From: Rhodosorus marinus CCMP1338
Lineage: Eukaryota > Plantae > Rhodophyta
Length of the DNA: 64,000 nucleotides
Reading direction: 5' to 3'
NCBI GenBank assembly: GCA_029953675.1
Contig: JAMWBK010000002.1
Location: 2,232,001 to 2,296,000, forward strand
The translations under genes and the position numbers were made by a program. Below the pieces are notes generated by a model. It ran no database searches. It saw nothing but the letters and a program-made list of their open reading frames with translations, and was not told where the DNA came from. Each line of letters starts with the position of its first letter. The first letter of the stretch is position 1. Shown here piece by piece: positions 50,983 to 61,200 of this stretch.

Positions 50983-51859
50983 TCCCCCCCTCCCCCCTCC
51001 CACCCCACCACCCCCTCAACACACTCTCAAAACAAAAAAAACAAAACACAGAAACTTTGCACAAAAAGCAAGCCCGAAAAAAAAACAACTTAGTCTCAAT
51101 GTAAAAAATAAATTACTCTCAACTACAATAAACTATTAAGACGCTTATCCAAAAAAACAATGGCCTCAATACTAATCCATAACACACCCTCCCCATCCCC
51201 ACCACCCAACCTCCCCCAAGTCCTCTACACCCTCCTCGTCCACAAAGAAATGAAAACGGCCCAAGTCAGAGATGGTAATCTGCTTGGCATCCGATCTTAC
51301 CATTTTTAACTTCCCTGTTCATCAATAGAATCGATTTAGAAGCTCATCTATTTTTATTTTTAAAACCCTATTTTGAAAAATGGTTTAGGATTCGTAGGCT
51401 CATCTATTTTTATTTTTAAGACCCTACTATGAAAAACGGTTTAGATTGTAATTTTATACGAATTAAAAAATGGAATTGATTTAATTTTAATGTTGGTTTC
51501 ATAGGACATTGCGAAAAGTATTGCAAAAAGAGGATGGGATCCTTTTTGAATGGCTTTTGGGATGGTGGAGACTTCCAATGCGAGTTCGGAGAGAGTGTGT
51601 GTTTGCGGATGGTGTTTTCCTAGAAGGACCCCCCTTTTCGAACTCCTCCCAACAAAGCTTAACCGGCGTTGGAAGTTTGATTTGTTTTATATGACATCAA
51701 CTTGAAACTTGCTAATGGTTTCGAGGATGGTTTCTCTCAGTGGATTTGCATCTCCCACTAACGGACACGAGTCCCGGTCATCGACACACTCCGCTCCTTC
51801 TTCCGCCACGCGAACTTTATGCACAACAGGAAGCAAACCAAGGGGATAGCGGGTTGCGG

Positions 51860-52150
51860 TCTTTCACGGAGGCCAGATCCGGATAAACTTGCTGCGGACG
51901 AGACGACCTAGATACCAAGTCTCTGGTACTCCAAATGCGGATTTCGATCTTTCTGTATATAGCTGGTTGTCCCTGTAGGCGAGCCAGGTTCGGGGAATAG
52001 ATGATGATATCATCGAAAAAGATTTGAGATGAAAACGCCCAATTCCTCAAAGAAAATGTGATTCAGTAAAATCGAGAGAAGACCACAGAGTGGAAGCGCT
52101 AACGCTTTGAGGGAAACTTAACCCGTTCCAACTCAAATCTATCTAAAGAC
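51860..52150 (-). mobile_element. Decayed Ty3/gypsy reverse transcriptase fragment
   Basis: Frameshifted pieces in order: LLNHIFFEELGVF (52069-52031), FFDDIIIYS (52020-51994, YxDD-like), SKSAFGVPETWYLGRLV (about 51950-51900). Confidence 0.75.
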
Positions 52151-52583
52151 GACTGGTCCCTCATTCGATCCGCCACTAAAATCTCCAATAGGTCGAGGCG
52201 TTCACCTTTTAAGGATGAATGGGAGTCGACAGTATCGATTTCAATACTGCACTAAAGCCACGATTGGAAGCAAAGAAAATAACTTGTTTCCAACTCAAAA
52301 GCATCTCATCCCGTTCCTTCTTCATTCTGATACGTTCGGGGCGTGCACCTCCCTCCTGGCGCTCAACTTGAGATATGATAAAAGGTCTCTCGATCTCCTG
52401 CCAATGGGTTAGAAGAGGGAGGGACTGGACTTGGCTTTGGCTTGTTATTTACGTTTGGTTTGAAAACATAAGAAACTTGGATACTGCAATTTAAGTAAAC
52501 AAGGACTAGAAGCGATTTTCTAGTCCTTGTGACAGTGCTTCTTCTTTTTTTTTTGAAAGAGGAGTTGTTGGGAATCTAGAAAG

Positions 52584-54283
52584 ATGGAGGAAGAACTACC
52601 GGAGGTGCAAGAACCTCGAGCCTCGAGTTTCTTGCCGGGGTCCATTGGACTTCCTACAGAGTTTAAGCTTACTGGATACTCTCGCCTGAAAGGGTGAGGG
52701 TGCAAGATTCCGCAGGTAGCCGGGCCGAAGAGTTGTCTTTGCCTCTTGACTTCGCGTTGGATTTCAAGCTTTGTTCTCCCAGGAATTAATCGTTGGTTTC
52801 TCCTTCTTTCGTTCACTGTTTTTTAAATACCCACTCCGCGGCTCGATGACAGGCGGATTTGACTCGCCTGTTGGATCGTTCTGGGATCTCTCAGAACAGA
52901 AAGATGATGGATACATCTGTGATTGAAATCAGAGGCCTACCCAACTATCAACTCGTCTCTACAACGGACTTCTTTTTCCCACTCGTTGATGATCCTTTCC
53001 TCATGGGAAGAATCGCCTGCGCTAATGTTCTCTCGGACATGTACTCGGAGGGCGTCACTGAGGTCGACAATCTCCTCATGGTCCTCGCCGCGTCTCTCGA
53101 TATGCCTCCAAGCTGTCGAGATCTAGTCACCTGGAAAATGATCGAGGGCTTCAGGAGCCTTGCCGAGGAGGCTGGTTCATCGGTTACTGGTGGTCAGTCT
53201 ATCTACAACCCATGGCCTATTATCGGTGGAACAGCTCTGAGCGTAGTTCCAAAGGAGGTGAGAATTTAGGCTGTGAAATCACACTTGAGAGTATGGCCAC
53301 GGACCGTACTCACTCCGTGAATGTGGTGTGGAGCCTATGCTATGGCTCTGGAGCGAAGGTACCCCCCCGTGTATGCACTAAACTCTGAACTAATTCTGTT
53401 CGGGTTTGCTTTTTATTTGTTCGTAGAGGGTTTTAATGCCTACTGGAGCAATTGAAGGGGACACTCTTGTCCTCACCAAACCGATTGGAACTCAAGTTGC
53501 AGTGAATACCTTTCAGTGGATCAACATAGAGGAGAGATGGTCAAGGATTTCGGACGTTATCAGTCGGGAACAGTTAGAGGTGAGTCTTGGAACAGCTCTT
53601 CTTCTCCCTCAGCCAACCCCCCCCACCCGCAACCCTCTTCCTGAAGCCACGTTGCGTTGCCGCTTCTGCTTGTGTTTTCTCGACAGCGCGCTTTCGATAT
53701 CTCCGCGATGAGCATGGAGAGACTAAATCGGAAAGCCGCGGAACTAATGTGGAAACATGGAGCTCATGCGGCCACGGACATAACTGGATTCGGAATTCTC
53801 GGACATGCTGAAGCGCTAGTTCGTAATCAAAGGTACATCCTCTACATTAGCAATCCTCTCATTTAGATTCGAAGCGGGAGCTAACCGCGGGTTTCTGCCT
53901 GCTTGTCCCTCCGCACCAGCGAGTCTGTCTCGTTCGTTATCCACACATTGCCGGTGATACGGTGCATGGCTAGCGTCGACGCCACGCTGCAAAACCTGTT
54001 CAGTCTAGTGAAGGGGCGCTCCGCTGAGACCAGCGGTGGACTATTGATCTGTCTTCCGAAGGAGAATGTGGCGGCGTTCTGCTCCGAGATTTACGAGGCC
54101 GAGGGATGGCCAGCGTTTGTTGTTGGGTAAGCAGGTTGACCAGCACTGGGAAACGCCGTACTGGGAACGGGGAGTATTGACCTTTTCGCGCTTTTTTCGT
54201 TGCTTTGGTGCTTTGGCAGGACGGTGATAAGCGGTGATAGGTCGGCATCTATTGCCGCTGATGTGGAAATCAAAGAAGTTTAA
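52584..54283 (+). CDS. SEPHS2: Selenophosphate synthetase 2, a selenoprotein (Sec38 encoded by TGA 52695-52697), 6 exons, 368 aa
   Basis: Exons 52584-52715, 52853-53257, 53427-53579, 53687-53832, 53920-54126 and 54220-54283 sum to 369 codons. [64 protein letters not shown]. Confidence 0.95.
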
Positions 54284-54291
54284 CACTGAGG

Positions 54292-54390
54292 GTGAGTTTG
54301 TCCTCAATAACGGTTGGTCCTCATGAAGTCCGTTGTTGATGTTCGGCTCAAGCTGCTAGTGTGGACGTCCTGTTTGTTGTTTAACTGTAG
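54292..54390 (+). other. Probable 99-nt intron in the SPS2 3' UTR
   Basis: Donor gtgagt 8 nt after the stop; T-rich tract with ttaactgtag acceptor; length matches other introns in the window. Confidence 0.65.
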
Positions 54391-54412
54391 GTTGCTTCTG
54401 GAACGTGCAGAG

Positions 54413-54481
54413 GTGCATACTATGACGCGTGGCTTCGCAAACCCGGGAGGGGGAAGCCAGAGCTGATCGCTTCTTGTGTAC
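54413..54481 (+). promoter_or_regulatory. Eukaryotic SECIS element, type II
   Basis: Helix I GUGCAU/GUGUAC; core AUGAC...UGAU; helix II GC..GGCUUC/GAAGCC..GC; apical AAA followed by CCC/GGG mini-stem; located downstream of a UGA-containing SPS2. Confidence 0.88.
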
Positions 54482-54846
54482 GGGGCAGGAGCAGTCCTTG
54501 TCCGCCGACCCTTGGGGGGTTCCTCTTTTCCTTTGAGTAGGGTACGTGATCGTTTTTTGTTTTCTTTGTTAGTTGTAACGAACGATGCATGCTCCACAAA
54601 GTCTAGACAAGTTTGTTCTAGGAGAGGTTAAAACCACTGCCGCAAAAGTCGGCCAGGTCTGAATATGAAAAAATCAATAACATAACATACTATTCACAGT
54701 TCCAATAAGCAAGCATTGGAAGACTATTCACAATTCACGGTAGCAAGCTGGTAGGCGTCGGTTTCCTGGGTCAAAGAACAACCTTGACATAGCAGTCGCT
54801 CCCCATCGCGTCAACGATCTTTTCAAGTTTTCGATAAGCGCTGGGG

Positions 54847-57000
54847 CTACAGCGCGGAGGCTTGGCTGTTTTTGTACCTTGGGTCGGTGAAGGCAAAGTA
54901 TTTTCTTGACATGTCGCCGGTTTCCGTCTGTACATCAGCAACTGAGATCCCGTCCACTCCAATTGTCCCCTCCATTGCGGAGACACTGTATCCAAACGAT
55001 TTTAGAGAAGTGCAGACTTCCTCCCAGTAGCTAAACGGTGCGCCGCTGGACCTTCGGAATATTGCCGTCGTCGCACAATCTTCCGGGTGAATGCCCTCCA
55101 TATAGACCGTTGAATTTGAAAGCTCAAACGTCATCCTCGGAGCAGCAATGGCCGTTGCCAGGTCGTCACCATATTCTACTGCGTTCAAGATCGTTTCAAT
55201 CATCGTTTGGGTCGAAGCTGCACCTCCAGCTGATCCGAAAGCAAACTGAACGCGCTTGAAATCCTCGATAACGACAGGGGCCATCCCACTGATCGGGCGA
55301 TTTTTGGGTTTCAATTCGGCGTTGGAGTCAATCGCAAGGAACAACTCGTTGTTCAGTAGGATTCCCGTCAAATTTGAATACAAACCATCGGCAAACTCTG
55401 AGCCAAGCGTCGCCGTGAAAGACACGGCACTGCCTCCGCTGTCGGTAGCAGCGATATGAGTCCCAGCGTAGTTTCGAGCGATCTCTGGTAGAGCCGCCGC
55501 TCTCAAGTTCGAGGGTAAGGTCTCCACTTCCTTTCTCGAAGCAATCTTGAGATTCAAGCCAGCCCGATTAGCCTGAGCATTGTCCTTGTCCAGCATCTTC
55601 TTAATGTTCTCGCTCGACTTATTAGCGTCCGATGTGGGGTCGAACATCATCTCCCAATCTTCAAAGGCAAGCTTCGACGCCTCAATAACGAGATGATAAG
55701 CTAGACCGTTTCTCCCTCTTCTTCGGAGTCGGTAACCTTCCAGTATCGAGAGCGCTTTCGCGAGAATGGCCCCGGATGAGGGCGGTGGTGAGGTCCAGAT
55801 CTTATAGCCATCGATATAGAACGATATAGGGTCGTACTTTCTGGCCTCGTAAGTTTTGAAATCCGATTCGTTCATCTTTCCCCCCGCGGTGTTGATCTCT
55901 TCGCTCAGCTGTTTCGATAAGTTATCGTAAAGTGACTTACTTCCATGCTTGGCAATATCTTTCAATGTCGATGCCAGCTCCGGCGTCGAAGCATTTTCTC
56001 CGGCCTTGAGGACCACGAGCTTGTTCAAGACGATATCGTCGACCTCAGGAATCAACTCATCATTCTCAAAAGGCCTCGTAAAGTACTGCTTGAGCACGTC
56101 ATGCTCGAGAATGTAGTCTGACTTTGTCCGTAACACTTCCGCAAAATGCGGGCTAACCTCCCACTCCTCCGCCAGTTTGGAGACCTCTAGGACGAGAGAT
56201 TTCCACGCTAGTTTCCCATGGGCCTTGTGGAATGTCTCAAGAGCCCGGAGAAACCCTGGTACTCCGACATTTGCTCCTCGAGCGTCCTCTTTCCCAACAC
56301 TAGATTTATCAAAGCCATCGGGAACGTTGACCAGGCCGTCGTAGACCACGGTCTCCTTTTTACCCGCATCGTAGTACAGGATCAACGCGCTTCCGCCTAG
56401 TCCACTTGTATGAGGATGCATCACACCCTGACAAAGAGCTGCTACAACGACCGCGTCAGCTACGCTTCCTCCGCTACTGGTGGCTACTTTGGTGCCCATC
56501 TCAGAACAATGAGAATTATCCGCAGCGACGGCCGCCTGATACCCGCTCTGAGCGGAGACTTCAAGACCCGGGTCGGACGAAGCTCCGGGCGCAACAAGCT
56601 GGGTAGGCGCTATAAGGTTTAAAAGGCTCGGCAGTGCCAGTACGAGCGCCGCAATAATCAGCAGAGAAACCACTCTGAGGAGGTGAGACCAAACCGTATG
56701 GGGATCTGACTCTCCACTCCAGTTCTCAGGTAGATTTCTGTTCCAGAATCGGCGAAATCTGTAATACGCCCTCCCGAGAAGTCCAGGCCTGGTGAGTCTC
56801 TGTGACTGCTGATCCCCGTCAACAGAGTCGTCCGCGGAATACGCGCTAAAGTTCATGCTATCCCTGTCTGTACTTCCCATCCGGACTAAATCCGGCTGGA
56901 TCTCGTCCACCTCCGGATCATCGTTCACAACGACCTCGTACTTCCCCATCAAAATCTTCCCGTTTTCGTCCGTCTCCAAAGCTACCCGAAATACTTCAAC
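54847..57000 (-). CDS. Gamma-glutamyltranspeptidase-like type II membrane protein; catalytic Thr appears replaced
   Basis: TM helix followed by AAVAADN..CSEMG, GVMHPHTSGLGGS, VGVPGFL..L...HGKL.W, TSPPPSSG, IEASKLAF, GILLNNE, PKNRPISGMAP, DPR. Start uncertain: the T-rich ORF start 57093-57001 looks like an intron, and ATG 56949 is a candidate. Confidence 0.85.
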   Translation of the reverse strand, partial: VEVFRVALETDENGKILMGKYEVVVNDDPEVDEIQPDLVRMGSTDRDSMNFSAYSADDSVDGDQQSQRLTRPGLLGRAYYRFRRFWNRNLPENWSGESDPHTVWSHLLRVVSLLIIAALVLALPSLLNLIAPTQLVAPGASSDPGLEVSAQSGYQAAVAADNSHCSEMGTKVATSSGGSVADAVVVAALCQGVMHPHTSGLGGSALILYYDAGKKETVVYDGLVNVPDGFDKSSVGKEDARGANVGVPGFLRALETFHKAHGKLAWKSLVLEVSKLAEEWEVSPHFAEVLRTKSDYILEHDVLKQYFTRPFENDELIPEVDDIVLNKLVVLKAGENASTPELASTLKDIAKHGSKSLYDNLSKQLSEEINTAGGKMNESDFKTYEARKYDPISFYIDGYKIWTSPPPSSGAILAKALSILEGYRLRRRGRNGLAYHLVIEASKLAFEDWEMMFDPTSDANKSSENIKKMLDKDNAQANRAGLNLKIASRKEVETLPSNLRAAALPEIARNYAGTHIAATDSGGSAVSFTATLGSEFADGLYSNLTGILLNNELFLAIDSNAELKPKNRPISGMAPVVIEDFKRVQFAFGSAGGAASTQTMIETILNAVEYGDDLATAIAAPRMTFELSNSTVYMEGIHPEDCATTAIFRRSSGAPFSYWEEVCTSLKSFGYSVSAMEGTIGVDGISVADVQTETGDMSRKYFAFTDPRYKNSQASAL

Positions 57001-58270
57001 CTGTTGCGGACTCGCAACAAACCAGAAAAAAATTGTCACCGCGACGAAAACAAAACAAAAACAAAGAAAGAACCAGAAACAAAAACCTCTCACGTTCGAG
57101 GAAGAATCAAATCCATTCTACAACTGTTCGCGCCTCTGCGAGCTCAGACAATGACCTCGCGCAGGGAGAAAGCACACCTCTCCAACAGCGGGTAAACAAA
57201 ACCAACTCGGAAAAGAGCGCAAGCTTTCCAACATCCGATCTCCAACGCAAAATAGCCCTGTCTCCCACGCTCTCAACAAAAATTGTCAACGGTATTAACA
57301 ACGGTCCGTGGGGACAGCGATGGTTGCGACTTTGCGGCTTCAACCAAAGCAAACAGCACCAAATGAATGTACTTCAACAAGGTCTTATAGATTCCAGGCT
57401 TTGCTCCCCAAGAAGAAACTTCGATCTCTACGCTTACACTTTGCCTGGGCTTCCGCATTAGACTGAAGGAGAGGCTGAAGTGGATCAGACACTTTCTAGT
57501 GAACCGTCGTTGAGAAGGTTGTAACCTAAAACAAAGGATCTGAGCTGATACTGCTTCCTTCTCAGACTGCATTTTGCTGTAGTGCAGAAGGCAACTCCGG
57601 GAAGTGCCTTGATGGACCGAGTGCGATGGATCGCGATGGATCGCAATGAATCGCTTGCTTGCGCTCTCACTGGTTGGTGACATTCCTGCTCAACCATGGA
57701 TTGGCTTTCTGGTGCAACCTTCGCAACGTGCTTATGCGTGAATCGCTGTCTTGTTGGTTCCTTGAGAGTGCTTGTAGACAACGGCTCTCAGTCGAGGCCT
57801 AGATTGATGCATTCCGACCTCTCTAGTCTGATCAACCTCTGATAATGTTCGCCTACCTGAAGAAGATGGACTCTTTTTTCACATGCTTGAAAACGGGCGG
57901 TACACGAGTTCTCCCATGGTATTGATGGACGCATGTTTGTGTTGCTTAGAAGCACCGATTAGCTTTATCGTATGCAAGTGCCTGGAACGAACCGAGAGCG
58001 TTGAGCTGATCTACCCCGCGCGGGCATGTCCGCTCTGAAGCCTTGAACGGCGCCTCGTCCGTCTTGAGGATGGCATATATGTGCCTCCTGCCTCGTTCAC
58101 GGGTGGATGAATCCTCGTGAGCTGGGGACAACTCTTGAGTTGTGTACTGTTGACGGTTTCGCCACCGTCTGTTGTTGACGCACCAGCTTCATCTGCAGAC
58201 GTATGCCTTCGACACTCTTCAAGTACGAAAAACTGATGTTTTAATCCACTTTTCGAAATCGTGCTCAATT

Positions 58271-61200
58271 CTACACTTGCGGTCTAGCCTGGACGATGTA
58301 ATACTGTCCTTCGCGAAAACATCCCTCAATATCCTGGGGGAACCCTCCCATCGTGTCCTCGACAGCCTTACCGATTGCTCCGACTTTGCCCATCAGCTCC
58401 TCTCTAAACTTATCATCGTTCATGATCTTGTCCTTGGAATAATCAACGTCGATCTTCTTCGGGCTCTGCAACGAGATGGAGTCATGTAGCCCTGCGCCGG
58501 CAAATCCTTCCAGGTCCTCAGCGTTTGAGTCAGATCGGAAGATGAACGCCCCGCCCTTGAGGGCATATGACTTTGAAGGATAGGCCTTGATCATCGGAGG
58601 GTTCCCAGGATTCTTCTTCGATGTTACAAAACTCAGGGCCTGTCCGGGAGAGTTGGAGACCAATGTCTCACCTAACCCAACTACTACCTCGCCATATATT
58701 TCGTCCTCGTTGGAGTTGACTGGGTTCGTCGTATGGATAACAAAAGCGTAGTCTGCATCAACAACTTTCTGGCACAGAACAGCCATATCGACGTCTTCTA
58801 CCTCCAGCATGAGCTTGCGTCTTGCGAGGTGAGCTCTCTCGTTCCATATCGATGCCCATACACCTTTAACTGCTTCCCAAGCAGCAGGCATGGACTCGTC
58901 GATTTCTTCACATCCTAGCTCATCGAGGATTCCTCGAAGCGAATCCGCAAGTCCCCCAGGGGTGCTCAGCCTCATGACACACTGTCTCAACTGCGGGCAA
59001 AGAGAAACGTCATTGGCCTTTGCCTTCGCCAGCAAACGACGGAGCTCAACGTACTCCTTGTAGACCTTGACGTTCTCCGGCGCTCGAAAAGCTTTCTTCA
59101 TAGCTCCGTTGGGGATGGTAATGGATTTCGGCACTTGGATCCAATCCGGAAGTCCAAGGGCAAGCAGCTTCTGGAGATTAAGCGATTTTGAACCTACAAC
59201 CTCCGTGTCGTACTCGGAAGGTCGAATCGCCCATGCTGCCGATGCAAGTCGCTCCGGGAGGACGGAGGCCTTTCGGGCAACACCGGATACTGAGAGCAGC
59301 GACTGCGAGGAAGTTTTCCTCAGCAGGGCTGCTTCGCCTGGGGTGTCAGTGCTCTCTGTCAAGCCCGAAGGCGGTGCGTGTAGCCCAGAAGGAGGCGTAA
59401 TGAGTCCCTTCGACTTGACGCGTTTCATTCCCATCTTGAGATCGTTCATGGACATCGACTGAGACTTCTTCAGCGACTCCTGCAGCACTTCAATTTTGAA
59501 CGTTTCGCCCTCCAGTTTCGCTTTCACAAGGCACGCTTCATTGGTTTTCAGCTCAGTCAACTCGTCAGCGTCCAGACAAGCGATAAGACCGTGGTGTTCG
59601 TTCCTTGCCCTCACGGCAACATGGGAAAGTACGTCTACGGTGCTTCCGATGATAACGTACCTCGTCCCGTCCGGTACATCTTCATCACCGTCGCAAAAGT
59701 CAGCGATAATCACCGCTCCTTTCTCTATCGTCTGGCCCATCGATTCCCTTAGATGCTCATAGCAATACACCCTCCCAGTCGTCTCCTTGTCATACGGTGA
59801 AATCACTTGATAAGGTCCCATTCTTGCGATTCGCCTCACTCCTGGGGATGCCTTGCGGATGAGCGTCGATAGGGAGTACGCAGGCCCACCACGGACTGCC
59901 TCTTCAACAAATATCTTTACTACGTGGCGGTCAGCTTGAAACGCTCTGCCAAGAGCTTCCGCTGGGTTTCCAAAACACGTCTTGTAGCGGTCCACAACAG
60001 TCGTGAGGCAAGTTCTCGCGTGATTTAGAGCAGCAGCGGCTCTCAAACCAACATCTTCCGATTCTCCATAGAAGCCAATGCGTTCGATGGCTTGCCGCAT
60101 CTCGTTCTCCACGTTGTGCAGGACGGCTGCCGAAGGTAGATCCCCTTCGGACATCGCGAGACCAGTGGCAGCAGCCCTGATGGCGGAGAGATGAGCCCAG
60201 AGCGACCCATCTAGATCACCACCCTCGACGACTCTGCGGGTGTCCGACTCCAGGGCTAGATCCAAAAAGATGGCGTCCCTTCGCTCATCGTCCGGAATGT
60301 ACGGATTCTCTAGGTGTTTATGCAGATCTCTCCGCGCGTGCGCAGACGCGCGGATCATGTCTATCAGCGGCCTGTTCTCGTTTCGTATGTGCATGTAGTG
60401 GTTCACCTTGTCCTTTGCTTCCTGACTTAAGCAGTGGTGGACCTTTCCCAGGATAGTGTTCAGATCAGTCCCGAGGTGAACCGCTCTGAGAATTGCACCA
60501 TATTGGTTGAGCTCATGAATCATTGTGCCCTTCAAATGCCCGGGGAAGTCCGGCTCAGAAGTTATCGGCTGTTCATACCCAGCCATTCTCTCCCTGGTCA
60601 CACTATTTTCACCTAGCACTCTCCAGTACTCATGGATGTTCCCGTTTGAGTGCCAGAAAGCCAGGAGTGCATCGCATATGACCACATCGTCCGGGTTCGT
60701 ATTGTTGTGCAGCTTCTGATGCCACTGCTCCATCATGCTGCCGTGGCCCCACCCTCGATTGTGCCTAAGGATCACCAGAATGTCATCCCTAATTCTCTGA
60801 CCCAGGTCGCCCGATCCACCGCGTCCAACACAGGACATTACTAGACGAATAATCCACCGGAGTTTTGGGAGTTCCTTATACTTTGCCGCCATTGTCGTGA
60901 CGAAGTTCATTTGAGCTGAGGATAATTCTCTTGGTTTGGTGTTGAAGTTCCGTTGCCAGTCCAACACCCGCAACTGCGAATAACGCATCCAGACGTACAT
61001 TAACGCCCACGCGGCCTCGTCCGCCCCAATCACTTCCCTCGCAAAGTAGCTTCCGGTATTGTAGCGGTGCATCAGTGTCCATGAGCCATACTCCATTTCC
61101 TTTTCGACAATATCTTCAGCCAGCCTCTTCGCAGCTTCAGAAATTTTCTTGTCAAGGCCGGGGAGCGCCGCAGTCTGCTTCAAGCTGATGAACATGTCTC

